DNA of 64,000 nt from an uncultured Phycisphaerales bacterium (GTDB lineage Bacteria > Planctomycetota > Phycisphaerae > Tepidisphaerales > Tepidisphaeraceae), in NCBI GenBank assembly GCA_963755915.1, contig CAVWLP010000002.1:224001-288000 (forward strand), given 5' to 3'. Below, one piece after another: positions 41,347-52,403 of the stretch (within the stretch, counting starts at the first letter, position 1; every line of letters begins with the position of its first letter). Under the pieces are notes generated by a model that was not told the DNA's origin, did not search any database, and worked only from the letters and a program-made list of their open reading frames with translations. Both the position numbers and the translations under genes were made by a program.

Positions 41347-43173
41347 CTACGGTGGATTGTACAGGTAGATGCAGTGCCCAAGAACCGCCAGCGGACGCTC
41401 TCCCCGCAGCTCCTTGTAAAACTTCCGGTCGCTCTCCTCAATCCACGGATTCTGCGCCGCCGTCGCGCTCAGCGCGTAAACCCGCACCCTGCTCGGCGAC
41501 GGTGATTCATCCGCCGGCGCCAGACTCCCCGGCAGTTTCACATAATGAATCTCGTAATACCGCGGGTCCGCCGATCCAAAATAATCCAGGAAAATCTGAT
41601 ACTGTGGATGCTCCCGCTGCCACTGCGCCAGCGCCGGCAGGTCCTGCCCCCAGTCGACATTCGAATCCCCCAGCAGATTCGGTCCATTTTCCCACCCCCC
41701 CGCCGCCACGTTAAAAAATGGAATAAAATCCGGATAAGCCGCGTAACATTCCACCGCCAGCCCCACGACAAAAATCCCCGCCAGCAACAATGTCGCCTTG
41801 CGAAATCGCCTCATCGCATGTGCCGCCGTCACCCCCAGAAAAATAAACATCGCCGGATACACCGGCAAAACGTGCCGGATCCCCAGGTTCAAATCCGATC
41901 GCATCGCCACCGCGAGATAAAACACCGGCAGGATCGCCAGCACAAAAATGTCCCACGCTCGCCCAATCCGCCGAAGATTCGCAAGCCAATAGATCGCAGC
42001 GACACCCAACGCCCCTAGCGTCGCCACCGGCGTCTTCACCAGCATCGCCACCGGAAAATAATCCCACCTCCCGCGCATCGCCGAAGTCCCCAGCAAAAAC
42101 GCCGCCCGCCCCGGCGCCGTGCCGTACGTGAACAGCAATCCATACACCCACGCCTGCGGCAACAGCCGATGCTCCCCAATCCACAGCACGCCCCGAAAAA
42201 AAACATCCGGCTTCCACTGGCTTGTGAAGCTCTGCAACTGCGCATCGGTGAGATCAAACGCGTTATACGCCCCAAACGCCGCATGTCGCGCCCCGATCCG
42301 CAGAAGCTCCGAAAAATCCAGCAGCTGATTCGGATCGGCCCCCGGCGCATACCGAAATCGATAGCACGCCCACACAAATCCATACGCAAAAACGCAGGCC
42401 GCCCCAAAAATCCCCGCCGCAATCCCCACCCTCTTCCCGCGCGTCGCCACCGCGGATTTCAAAGTCGGCCAAGCCTCCGGCAGCATCGCCCGCAGCAGCA
42501 AACAGATCCCCAAAATCGGGACCGCCAGAATCCCCGAAAACTTCACCGTCAGCGCAACCCCCAGCAAAACCGCCACCGCCGCCACCCGAATCGGCGTCAC
42601 CCGCCTCCCCACCATCCAGACCGCCGCCATGAAAGCCAGCAGCGCCAGCGACATCGGAACATCGTCCTTCACCAGCGGCCCATGCGCCAGAAAATTCGGA
42701 TCAAAACAAAACCCCGCCGCCGCCACCACCGCCGCCACCGCCCCCCCAAGCCGCCACGACCACCACGCGATCACCGCCCCAAGCAATACCCCCAGCACGA
42801 CCATCCGTTCCCGCGCCCGCCCCAGAACCGAATCCGAATCATTCGCCGCCGTGTAATAAAAATTGTTTTTAACGTACTGACCCTCATACGCCCGGTCTTT
42901 CAGCATCGCATCATAAATGGACCCGCTCGTCGAAAGCTCCAGCTCACCGCTGGGCGCTCCCAGCGCAACGTAATACCGCCAAAGCGGCGGGTCCTCCGGA
43001 TCGCACCGAAAATCCCCGTGATACGTTTGCAGCCACGCCCCCACCAAGTGCAGCGGCTCATCAAAGGTGGCGCACTTGCTCTCCCACGCCGTCGCCCCCG
43101 TCACCGCAAACACAACCAGCAGAACCGCAATAATGCTGATAAACGGAGCCGAGCTGGCTTTCCAATTTGCCAT
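41347..43173 (-). CDS. GT-C fold membrane glycosyltransferase (ArnT/PMT-like), paralog 1
   Basis: TFDEP, DPEDPPLWR, KFSG, WDYFP, NLGIRHVLPVYP, GDSNVDWGQDL. Confidence 0.8.
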   Translation of the reverse strand: MANWKASSAPFISIIAVLLVVFAVTGATAWESKCATFDEPLHLVGAWLQTYHGDFRCDPEDPPLWRYYVALGAPSGELELSTSGSIYDAMLKDRAYEGQYVKNNFYYTAANDSDSVLGRARERMVVLGVLLGAVIAWWSWRLGGAVAAVVAAAGFCFDPNFLAHGPLVKDDVPMSLALLAFMAAVWMVGRRVTPIRVAAVAVLLGVALTVKFSGILAVPILGICLLLRAMLPEAWPTLKSAVATRGKRVGIAAGIFGAACVFAYGFVWACYRFRYAPGADPNQLLDFSELLRIGARHAAFGAYNAFDLTDAQLQSFTSQWKPDVFFRGVLWIGEHRLLPQAWVYGLLFTYGTAPGRAAFLLGTSAMRGRWDYFPVAMLVKTPVATLGALGVAAIYWLANLRRIGRAWDIFVLAILPVFYLAVAMRSDLNLGIRHVLPVYPAMFIFLGVTAAHAMRRFRKATLLLAGIFVVGLAVECYAAYPDFIPFFNVAAGGWENGPNLLGDSNVDWGQDLPALAQWQREHPQYQIFLDYFGSADPRYYEIHYVKLPGSLAPADESPSPSRVRVYALSATAAQNPWIEESDRKFYKELRGERPLAVLGHCIYLYNPP

Positions 43174-43181
43174 TTAGACTG

Positions 43182-45932
43182 TTACGCCGACGCCCGCCCC
43201 GCCTGAAGCAATTCCAGCGGCTGCGCCAGCGCCACCCCCGCCGCCGGCCACAAGCTCGCCAACAGCGACACCACCACCAGCGCCCCGCAACCGCATCCGA
43301 CAATCCCCCACGGCACCTGCATCGCCGGCGCATATCCCAGCACTGCCCCGCTCAGCCGCCGCGCATCCACACTGATCTCCATCCCCGCCGCCAATCCCAG
43401 TGCCGCCCCCACCATCCCCAGCATCGCTGCCTCCGCCAGCACGAGCCGCAGCAGCCCCCCCGCGCCAGACCGATGCTCCGCAGAACCCCAAACTGCCACC
43501 GCCGCGACCGCACCGACGCCATGATCGTGTTCGTCACCCCCAGCGACGCTAGCGCCATCGCCGCCACCGCCACTGTGCTGATCAAATCCAGCAGATGATA
43601 AAACGCCCGCTCGATCCCATATTTCACATGCCGCACGTCCCCCGCGATCAGCCCCCGATTTCCTAGCGATTTCTGCACGTTCTTCAGCAAATCCATCTTG
43701 TCGATCCCCGGCGTGAGGTTCGCCGCAAACAGCCGCGCCCCGGTAATCCCAAAATCACGCTTCGCATCGTCGATCGACCCAAATACGCTCCCCACCGTCC
43801 GCTGATCCAGAATCTTCCCCAGGTCAAACATGCTCACCAGCACGTCCGCCCCCGGCGACCACACGATCGCGCTGATCGTATAATTCTGCACCCCATTCAC
43901 CGTCGTCATCAGCGGATAACTATCTCCCATCTTCAGCCGATGCGCCTGCCGGAATTCATCCGTCACAATCGCGTGCCGCGGCTTTTTCATCTCCTCCGCG
44001 GCCCGTCCCGCCGCCGCCGCCTGCTGATCCTCCGGCAGCGAATTCCCCCCGTCATCCCGAAAATCAAGCTGCACCATCTTCAGCGCCTGTTCCGGATTCA
44101 CCGCGAAAAACATCGCCCCCACGCTCTGCCCGCTCAGCATCGACGCCAGCATCAAGCTCCCCTTGCTGTCCCCCGACGATGTCGTCACGACCACCGGCAT
44201 CAAACTCCCCTTCGCAATCCCCTCCACATTCCCCAGCGTCTTCTGGTCCTGCCAGGAAATTATGTCCGGGCTCCAGATAAAAATATCCGGAAACTTATTC
44301 GGAATCTGCCACCCCCCAATCAGCGTATGCCCCTGCACCTGCATAGCGATCAGCGTCGCGAGCCCCACCATCAGCGCGGCCCCGGTCCCCGCCGCCCGCC
44401 AGATTCCCGTGCTCAATTGTTTTTTCAACAGGTTCGCCGGAACAAAAAAAACCGCCGCGATCACCGGCGCCGCCACCCGCTCAACCACCCACACAAACAT
44501 CGGCGCCAGCAGAAAAAATCCCCCCAGAATCCCCGGCAACCCAATACAGAAATGCCCGAAAAATTTGATCGTCCCCGCCACCCCCGCCGCATCCGAAACC
44601 CCAAACCTCCGCACGATTTCCTCCACCGGCCCAAAGAAAATCAGCGGATCCAAACTGATCAGCAGAAGCCCGATCAGCGCAATTCGAATCGGTGGCCCCG
44701 CCGCCGGCTCCGCGCCCTGCGCCGTCATCACCTCCAGCGGCGAAATCCGCGACGCCCACCATGCCGGCAGCACGCTCGCCGCCAGCGCCGTCAGCAGCGA
44801 CCCCCCCGCCGCAAATACCATCCCGTTGAAGCTGTACAAAACCCCCGCCGCGAAAAGCTCCATATACCGGTGATACAAAATCCGCATCCACAAAACCCCC
44901 AGCGGAATTCCGATCCCGATCCCCACGATCGACAAAGCCATCCCCTCCAGCGTGACCAGCCGAAAAACCTGAGACCTCACCGCCCCGATCGCCCGCAACA
45001 TCCCCAGCGTCCGCTGCCGCTCCGTCACCCCCATGCTTAGCGCGGAAAAAATAATGAACATCGCCGTGAGCATCGAAACCATCCCCCCCAGGTAAGCCGC
45101 GATACGCACCCCGCGCAAATTCTTTTCCAGGTCCCCCGGATTCTTCCTTCGCATCCGCAAATGCACGTTTGGATCGATCGTCGCCAGCCGCTGCGACCAC
45201 CGATTCTCAAACGCATCAAAATCCGCCCCCGCGTGCAGGTTCACCACGATGCTCGAAACCACCGGCGGATTGTCCTGTCCCGTAAAACGCTGCAGCGTCG
45301 CCAGCGGCAGATAAATCGTCGCCGTCCGCTCCGAAAAAAAGACCGGCTTATGCACCGTCCCCACCACCCTCACCGAAAGATCCTTTCCCGAAACCCCCGG
45401 AATCTTCAGCATATCCCCCACGCCCACCCCCATCTTTTCCGCGGCAATATCATCCAGCACCGCCTCCAACGCATCCGAGGTCCCGAACCACCGCCCGTTG
45501 TTCAAATCCAGCGCCTCAATCGTCGTATCATCCGGCCGGCGAATCCCCACCAGCTCCACATAAATCTTATCCGAAGGCACCGCCCCCGCCTCCAGCCTAT
45601 CCGCGCTGCGCCGGACCCTGCTGGTCCGCCGCCCGGTCCATATCCCGGTCCGACTCCAGCCGCCCCGAAACCTGCCGCAAGTCCGGGTCCTGCTTCAGCA
45701 GCGAAACGATACTCTCCGGCACCACCCCCTGAAGCTCATCCGTCGGCGTAATCACTGCATCCGACGCCCCCATATACCGATCCAGCCACTTCAGCGCCGC
45801 CCCCTGAAGCGACTTGTATCCCGTGGTAACCGCCACCACCAAGCTCACCGAAAGCGCAATCGCCGCCAGGGTCAGCAGCGTCCGAACGCTGCGAACTTTG
45901 AAATTTGAAATGGCTAAGCGAGTCAGAACCAT
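43182..45932 (-). CDS. FtsX/MacB-like ABC permease (frameshifts near 45595 and 43460)
   Basis: RTLLTLAAIALSV, VTERQRTLGMLRAIGA, NTIMASVRSRRWQFGVLRSIG. Confidence 0.88.
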
Positions 45933-46000
45933 TGTTCCTTACTTTCTCCCTTCGGACGTACTTCTGACGATCCGATCCTCTTCAACCTCGAATAGAATAA

Positions 46001-46128
46001 GGCGCTTCTTTAAATACGAATGCAATGCAGGAGGGGCGAGGGGGAACCACATAGGACCCCAAGAGTTTCCCCCTCGCCCCTCCCGCACCCTCCCCACTCC
46101 CCTTCCTTTTCCCCTCAACTCTCCTCCA
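46001..46128 (+). repeat. ~130-bp hairpin repeat family, copy C
   Basis: TTTAAATACGAATGCAATGCAGG head, 16-bp perfect stem (46030-46045/46068-46083), CGCACCC..CCACTCCCC tail; similar to the copies at 51948 and 53710. Confidence 0.8.
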
Positions 46129-46286
46129 AACAAAGCGCGTGCATGACGGCAGTCCTGCGATCGCGTGCCCCAACGCCCACCTATACGAAGCGCGCCAATT
46201 CCTCGCGATACGCGGCCGCATTTTGCGTTTCATCGATCGCCAATTTGAACAATGGGTAGGGGCTGCGACAGACATAAGCGCACCAC

Positions 46287-47021
46287 TCATCCCAACGATT
46301 CCGTATATCTCCCCGCCAACTCCTGCCCGTTCATCCCCTCCGTCGCAAACCGCTTAATGATCTGCCCATCCCGGATCACCGCCACTTCCTGTGCATACGC
46401 CCCCACCACTGGCTCGTGCGTCACCATCACGATCGTCTTGTTATGCTTCTCCGCCAAATCGCGCAGCAATTCACAAACGGACTTTGAATTCGCGCTATCC
46501 AGGTTGCCGGTTGGCTCATCCGCAAGGATGACAGCCGGATCCGAAACCAACGCCCTGCCAATCGCCACCCGCTGCTGCTCACCGCCACTGAGCGAATCGG
46601 GCCGATGCGTTCGTCGATCGGCAATCCCCAGATCCACCATCAGTCGCTCGATCTTCTCATGCGTCACCTGCCCATTCCTTCCCTCCAGCATCAGCGGCAG
46701 GGCAATATTCTCCTCTGCCGAGAGCGTCGGAATGAGATTGAACGACTGAAACACCAGCCCGATATTCCTCCGCCGAAAAATGGTCAGTTCCTTATCTCCC
46801 ATCCGCGCCAGATCGGTTCCGTTGATATAAACGCTTCCCGAATCCGGCTTGGCCAGCCCGGCCATGAGGTGCAGCAACGTGCTCTTTCCCGACCCGCTGG
46901 CCCCCATAATCGCCAGGAATCTCCCCTGCGGCACCGCCAGATCGATCGACGAAAGCGCCGTCACGGCCCGGCGGCCCTGGCGGAAGGTTTTGCTGACTTT
47001 TTCGACGGATAACGGATGCAC
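46287..47021 (-). CDS. ABC transporter ATP-binding protein (LolD/MacB-like)
   Basis: GASGSGKST, FQSFNL, LSGGEQQR, LADEPTGNLD, MVTHE. Confidence 0.95.
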   Translation of the reverse strand: MHPLSVEKVSKTFRQGRRAVTALSSIDLAVPQGRFLAIMGASGSGKSTLLHLMAGLAKPDSGSVYINGTDLARMGDKELTIFRRRNIGLVFQSFNLIPTLSAEENIALPLMLEGRNGQVTHEKIERLMVDLGIADRRTHRPDSLSGGEQQRVAIGRALVSDPAVILADEPTGNLDSANSKSVCELLRDLAEKHNKTIVMVTHEPVVGAYAQEVAVIRDGQIIKRFATEGMNGQELAGRYTESLG

Positions 47022-47222
47022 GAAATCTCCAGCGATCGGATCGCCATAACTATAGTGGAGATCACGGGGTTAATCATCAACCCAGGCGGAAGCGTCGATG
47101 GCGATTTTACATAATTTTACATTTTGTTACGTTTTTCGCGATTTAGATTAGTAAATGCTAACAAACCACAAACGCAGCGAGCTCAAGCACAGCGGCCGCT
47201 GGTGGCGGTGGGGCGCGGTAGG

Positions 47223-47813
47223 ATGGTTGCTGTGAAAGGCTGGGCGATTCAAATCCTGGTGGGCCTCTGGCTATTGTTTTGCCTCGCCATCGCCTTCATC
47301 TGGGCAGGCAGCCATTTGCCCCAGACAATCTTTCCACATCACTCCGACAAATGGCAGATCGGCCCATGGTCCTGTCGATTCGACAGCCGGATGACGGGAA
47401 AGGTCAGCATCCAGCTCTATCACGACTTCCCAACGCCGATCATCGGGCCGCAATTCGATCCGGGGCTGAAATACAATAATGCCGTGCTCGCCTGGTATGA
47501 CGGGCTCCCGATGGGATTTTCAGCCGGGGCGGGGGGATTTTTTGTTGAAGATGAGAAAGATTTCGCAATCGACGGCGCCAGGCACGACCTGTGGGTCGGA
47601 AAGGTCATTTATCTCTCCGTTCCCTATTGGTTTGCATGGCTCATCTGGCTGCCGCTGATCATTTTTGCCCACCGCCGATGGCAGCAGCACCAACGCCTCG
47701 TCAGGATCGACCGGGGATTATGCGTCACCTGCGGCTACGACCTCCGCGCCACGCCGGACCGCTGCCCCGAATGCGGAACAACCGCGAAGCCAAAAGAGCT
47801 CACTTCAGGCTGA
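47223..47813 (+). CDS. membrane protein with C-terminal zinc ribbon
   Basis: Two TM helices flanking an external domain; [20 protein letters not shown]. Confidence 0.75.
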   Translation: MVAVKGWAIQILVGLWLLFCLAIAFIWAGSHLPQTIFPHHSDKWQIGPWSCRFDSRMTGKVSIQLYHDFPTPIIGPQFDPGLKYNNAVLAWYDGLPMGFSAGAGGFFVEDEKDFAIDGARHDLWVGKVIYLSVPYWFAWLIWLPLIIFAHRRWQQHQRLVRIDRGLCVTCGYDLRATPDRCPECGTTAKPKELTSG

Positions 47814-47892
47814 ATCACAGACTTGATTGGCGGTGCGGGCCATCGACGATTTTCTAAAGCCGATCGGCCTAGGTGCGGTAGAATTCGCCCAA

Positions 47893-48466
47893 ATGGTTCG
47901 CCTCCTTCGATGGATCGTTAATGGGCTTGCCGGGATGTCGCTTTTGCTCTGCATCGTATGGGGAATCTCGGAGTTGACGGATTTTGAGATATTGGATTGG
48001 CAATGGCCACGCGATCAGATTATGCGTCTGGGGCCAAACGGGGTTCCTGGGAATCTATGCTGGTAAAATTCCACGGTTGGATGGCTCAATATTCTCCATG
48101 AAAGATCGTCCTCTTTGGGAATTAAACCCCAAGACCACGATCTGGACGATCGAATATGCTTATTCCGCTTCGTTAACGCGGACGGTTAGCTTTTATCAAT
48201 TTTTTGGCGACTATTCGGCATCTAGCACCTATTGGAAAGGCGACCTACCAATCTTGAAGGACGCAGCGATCGGCATCAATTTCTCGCACATGGCCGTCAT
48301 CACAGGTTTTCCGATCTGCCTACAACTGGCTCTCAAATTGAGAAAACGGCTTTTGCAACGGGAAGGCGTCTGCCGAAATTGCGGCTACGATCTCCGCGCC
48401 ACGCCGGATCGATGCCCGGAATGCGGATCGATCCCGACGAAAAAGGAAATTGCTTCCAAATCGTAA
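47893..48466 (+). CDS. second membrane protein with C-terminal zinc ribbon (frameshift near 48040)
   Basis: N-terminal TM in one frame, [20 protein letters not shown] in the next. Confidence 0.65.
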
Positions 48467-48518
48467 CCGCGATTCACGGGCATCCTCCTTGCCCGTGTGG
48501 CCGCCCACGCTTGCCGAA

Positions 48519-49130
48519 TCAAAGCACCCGCGGCCGCTCATCCTCAGGCGGAAACTGAACGCCGGTGTAAATTTCCGATAGCGGAAGCTGCGCCTCGACC
48601 GAAGTGAGCGGCACGCGCCCTTCCAATCCCGAAGCGGTCGCGAACCGCCAGCTCCCGTCGCTCTGGCGGGTAAATGTTTCCACCCGGGGCCGAACCTGTG
48701 AGACCAGAACGTATTCCTCCAGGCTGGCCAGGGAAAGATAGCGGCGGAACTTTTCACCCCGGTCGTCCGCTTCGGTAGCCGCCGAAAGCACCTCCACAAT
48801 CAGCCTCGGATTCGTCGCCGTCGTCCGCCCCGCATCCTCAGGATCAAACTGCATTTCACCACAGATCACGCTCACATCCGGATAGGTGTACAGCGGCGTG
48901 CGCGGAACCCGAATGCGTAGATTGCTGTCATAAACCCGGCACGGCTTGCCTTTGAGTTGGTTCCTCATCTCCCCGATCACGTTGGCGATTATCAAACTGT
49001 GTTCCGGCGAGCCCCCGGCCATGTCGATGATCCGGCCATCGCGGTACTCGTGCCGCTGCTTCGCCTCCACCTCCAGGCGTAGATATTCCTCAATCGTGAA
49101 GCGACCGGGCTTGATCGAACGCGACTCCAT
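48519..49130 (-). CDS. Uma2 (DUF820) family endonuclease
   Basis: EEYL..E....RHEY.DG, YPDVSV, IVEVLS..T...DRG.KF..Y, EYVLVSQ. Confidence 0.9.
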   Translation of the reverse strand: MESRSIKPGRFTIEEYLRLEVEAKQRHEYRDGRIIDMAGGSPEHSLIIANVIGEMRNQLKGKPCRVYDSNLRIRVPRTPLYTYPDVSVICGEMQFDPEDAGRTTATNPRLIVEVLSAATEADDRGEKFRRYLSLASLEEYVLVSQVRPRVETFTRQSDGSWRFATASGLEGRVPLTSVEAQLPLSEIYTGVQFPPEDERPRVL

Positions 49131-49211
49131 GAGGAAAGTTTACCATACATCGAACATAGCGAATATCCTTTGGCAATCAGATCATTTGTCTCATAATGTC
49201 CAAGCCACAAA

Positions 49212-50003
49212 TCATCCCCCCGCCACAATCAACTCACACCCCGCCCCCTCAATCGCTTTGCGATGCTCCGCGGTTAATCCCTCATCCGTCACCACTACAT
49301 CGATCTCGCTGAGATTACACAGCTCCGCCAGCGCCTGCTGGCCGAACTTTTCGCTGTCGGCCAGCAGCACCACCTGCTGCGACTGCTCCATCATCCGCTT
49401 TTCGGCCGACACCAGCAGGAGGTTCTGGTTAAACAGCACGCCATCGCGAATCCCCGCCGAGCTGAAAAACATGCGGGATGCATGGACGGTGGAAATAAAA
49501 TTCTCCGCCGCCGGGCCCAGCATCACGCCGTAGCGCGGGTACATCAATCCGCCGGTGAGGATCAGCTCCACGTTGTTATCGTCCATGAACAGGTTCGCGA
49601 TCGGCAGCGAGTTGGTGATGATTTGAAGCGACCGCCCCCGTAGCTGCTCCGCCAGGTAAAACGTCGTCGTTCCGCCGCTCAGCAGGATCGTCTGCTCACT
49701 GGGAACCAGCGCCAGGACCGCCTTTGCGATCCGCCGCTTGGCCTCAACCTGCACCCCCATCCGCTGGTTAAAGGCATAGAGCCCCGCCTGCGTCCGCTGC
49801 GGGGCAGACGACAAACCCTGGTCCCCGATCCAGATCACCCCCCCATGCGTCGGCTGCACGAGCCCCTGCCTCTGAAGCTCATCCACATCGCGGCGGATGG
49901 TCGATTGCGAAACCCCCAGCTCCCGCGCCAGAGAATCCAGCGGCAGAATCCGCCGCTGTGCCAGCAGTTCCCGCAGCCGCGATTGCCTCTGGGCGATCAA
50001 CAT
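49212..50003 (-). CDS. DeoR/GlpR family regulator (PVM locus)
   Basis: VSQSTIRRD, HGG, KRRIA, GGTTT, ITNSL, LTGG, LADSEKF. Confidence 0.92.
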   Translation of the reverse strand: MLIAQRQSRLRELLAQRRILPLDSLARELGVSQSTIRRDVDELQRQGLVQPTHGGVIWIGDQGLSSAPQRTQAGLYAFNQRMGVQVEAKRRIAKAVLALVPSEQTILLSGGTTTFYLAEQLRGRSLQIITNSLPIANLFMDDNNVELILTGGLMYPRYGVMLGPAAENFISTVHASRMFFSSAGIRDGVLFNQNLLLVSAEKRMMEQSQQVVLLADSEKFGQQALAELCNLSEIDVVVTDEGLTAEHRKAIEGAGCELIVAGG

Positions 50004-50013
50004 GGAAACAATT

Positions 50014-50937
50014 TCATTTCAACTGAGCATATGTCGCATCCAGCGACTTCGCCCCGCTCTGGATCCCACTCACTTCCCGCGGCCACAGATCAAACTCAAA
50101 TCGCTTCACGACGCCGCCGCGATTCACGAGAGTCGGCAAGCTCGTGCAGGTGCCGCGAATCCCATACTCCCCCGCAAGCTGCGTGCTGACTGGAAAAACC
50201 TTCGGCTGATTCAGCGCGATCGCATGCACCACTTCCGCGATGGTCAGCCCCACGGCCCACCCCGCGCCCCCTTTGAGCTTGATGCACTCCGCCCCGCTGG
50301 TCTTGGTCCGCTCAAACACCCGCTGCTGCACCGCGGCGGAAAAGTTCGGCAGCTTCACCAGCGGCATGCCGCCCGCCGTCGCGCTCGACCAGATCGGCAC
50401 CATGCTGTCCCCATGCTCGCCCAGAATCACCGCCTTGATCTGGCTGGGCGGCAGCTCCGTCTCCAGCGCAATGAGCGAGCGAAACCGGGCCGTGTCCAAC
50501 TGCGTCCCCAGCCCGATCGTCCGATTCGGCTCATGCTTGAGATGATCGATCGCCAAGCGGGTGAGAATGTCGACCGGGTTGGAGACGACGAAAATAATCG
50601 CCTCCTTCTTCAGCCCCGCCGACTTGAGCGAATCGAGAATCTGCCTGAAGAGCACGACGTTGCGATTGATGAGATCGAGCCGGCTCTCGTCCGGCTTGCG
50701 CCGCAGGCCGGCGGTGATGACGATCACATCGCTGTCCGCGCATTTGTCATACCCGCCCGCGAAAATCTTCTGATCCCCCGCCACGCTGGCGCCGTGCAGA
50801 AGGTCGAGTGCTTCGCCCTGGGCCATCTGCTCGTTGGCGTCGAGAAGGTGGATTTCGCTGACGACCCCGGCGCACTGCATGGCGAAGGCCGCATTGCTGC
50901 CCACCCGCCCGCCGCCGCCGATGATGCTCACTTTCAT
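50014..50937 (-). CDS. lactate/malate dehydrogenase family protein (PVM locus)
   Basis: IIGGGGRVG, TAGLRRKPDESRLDL, VSNPVD, LDTARF, GEHGDS. Confidence 0.93.
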   Translation of the reverse strand: MKVSIIGGGGRVGSNAAFAMQCAGVVSEIHLLDANEQMAQGEALDLLHGASVAGDQKIFAGGYDKCADSDVIVITAGLRRKPDESRLDLINRNVVLFRQILDSLKSAGLKKEAIIFVVSNPVDILTRLAIDHLKHEPNRTIGLGTQLDTARFRSLIALETELPPSQIKAVILGEHGDSMVPIWSSATAGGMPLVKLPNFSAAVQQRVFERTKTSGAECIKLKGGAGWAVGLTIAEVVHAIALNQPKVFPVSTQLAGEYGIRGTCTSLPTLVNRGGVVKRFEFDLWPREVSGIQSGAKSLDATYAQLK

Positions 50938-50952
50938 TGAACGATTTCCTTT

Positions 50953-51885
50953 CTAACTTGCGCTGGCCATGATCTGATCGGTGATCACCTGCACGAGCTG
51001 CTCGATGTCCTGCTCCGAATAATTCTCCGGCGTAAGCGCCGCGACCGCTTTCTCAATCGGCGACTCCGCCGCGCCCTGGACGGGCCCGGTCCCGGTCCCG
51101 CCATCGATGCACATGCGCCCCTTCGTCGCGACCTCGCCGCCCACGCGGGTGACAAAATCGCTCGAGCAACTGAGGCCCTGGAGCTGGCCGTCTTTGAGCC
51201 GGGCGTCGGCCATGCCGAACCTCGCTTTTAAACCCAGCAGCTCTTTCATCTGATCGTTGGAAAGCGTCTGCACAGATCCGACCTGCTTGGCAAGCAGCAG
51301 AATCCGCGAATACGCGTCGACGATTTCCAGCTTGTAATAGGCATCCTCCAGATCGGTACCATAAGAAACCGTGCCGTGATTGCTGAGCAGGATCGTGTTG
51401 GCGTCTTTGACAAACGGTGCAAGCGATTCGCCGAGGCGCGTGTCGCCCGGCGTGACATATCGCGCCGTCGGCACCCGGCCCAGAAAAACCTCTGCCTCAG
51501 GGTGAACGCACGTCGGCAGCTCCATCCCCGCCACCGCGAAGGCCGTCGCGTGCGGCGGATGACTGTGAATGACCGCGCGAATATCGGGCCGATTTTTGTA
51601 AATGAACAAGTGGAGCAAAATCTCACTCGTTCGCCCGCGCTTACCGGAAACCTGTTTTCCTTCCATATCGACCACGCAAAGATCGTCCGGCTTGAGCTGC
51701 CCTTTGCTGATGCCCGTCGGCGTACACAGCACACGATCTTCCGAGAGGCGATAGGAATGGTTGCCTTCGTTGCCGGCGCAAAAACCCTTGTGCCAGATGC
51801 GGCGGCCGATGTCGCACATCTGCTCCTTGAGCTTCCATTCGGGGATTCGTGGGGCACTGCTATTTTTGCTTTTTTGATAAGCCAT
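50953..51885 (-). CDS. class II aldolase (PVM signature enzyme) with C-terminal encapsulation peptide
   Basis: EGN, TPTG.SKG, SE..LH..IY..RPD..AVIHSHPP, NHG; terminal EQDIEQLVQVITDQIM. Confidence 0.92.
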   Translation of the reverse strand: MAYQKSKNSSAPRIPEWKLKEQMCDIGRRIWHKGFCAGNEGNHSYRLSEDRVLCTPTGISKGQLKPDDLCVVDMEGKQVSGKRGRTSEILLHLFIYKNRPDIRAVIHSHPPHATAFAVAGMELPTCVHPEAEVFLGRVPTARYVTPGDTRLGESLAPFVKDANTILLSNHGTVSYGTDLEDAYYKLEIVDAYSRILLLAKQVGSVQTLSNDQMKELLGLKARFGMADARLKDGQLQGLSCSSDFVTRVGGEVATKGRMCIDGGTGTGPVQGAAESPIEKAVAALTPENYSEQDIEQLVQVITDQIMASAS

Positions 51886-51947
51886 TGGGAAAACCTCTTT
51901 AAAATCCCTCGTGACGAATTGGCGCTCCGATTCTTCGAGATGTCTTT

Positions 51948-52063
51948 GGCGCTCTTTTAAATGCGAATGCAATGCAGGGGAGGCGGGAGACAACCCATAT
52001 TTTTCCAAGGTTTTTCTCCCGCCTCCCCCGCACCCCCACCACCCTCTTTCCACTTCCCCTGCT
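51948..52063 (+). repeat. ~130-bp hairpin repeat family, copy B (interrupted by the IS110 element)
   Basis: TTTAAATGCGAATGCAATGCAGG head, 14-bp perfect stem 51977-51990/52015-52028; its tail AACCGTCC resumes at 53595 after the IS. Confidence 0.78.
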
Positions 52064-52075
52064 ATGTTGGTTGTC

Positions 52076-52403
52076 AAGTGTGGGCCGCATTCGCCGCCTT
52101 TATTCTTTTGTCTTTTTAAGCTGTTGCTCGGCCTGTCAGTGTCCGCTCTGCATGGGCTGTTGCCATCATTGCGGCAACGCTCTTCCTGCTATCCGTACCT
52201 GGCGGTTTGCCAGTACACCATGGTCTAATACGTCCGTTGCAGGCGGTTCACGCTGACCCAATCTAACCGCCGAACGCTCAAGGGCGCTCATAGGGGAAAA
52301 CGGGCGCGTTACACCGTGGCTCGTCTCTTTCACTTTTATTCCAAGCTCTTTATCCGTCGTCCATCCAGGCTCCAGAAGTTCGGGGACAACCTTGGCCGGC
52401 TTT
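52076..52403 (-). ncRNA. putative bridge/seek RNA in the IS right non-coding end
   Basis: Internal loop closed by CGUU/AACG carries CGGUUAGAU (same as left junction) and CCUGC (rc of right flank GCAGG) around an inner GGUCA/UGAACC stem; exact RNA ends unknown. Confidence 0.65.

Noticed and set aside
45939-46133. 64-aa ORF similar to short ORFs at 53660-53842 and 51911-52228
   Set aside because: The similarity comes from translating the same non-coding repeat.
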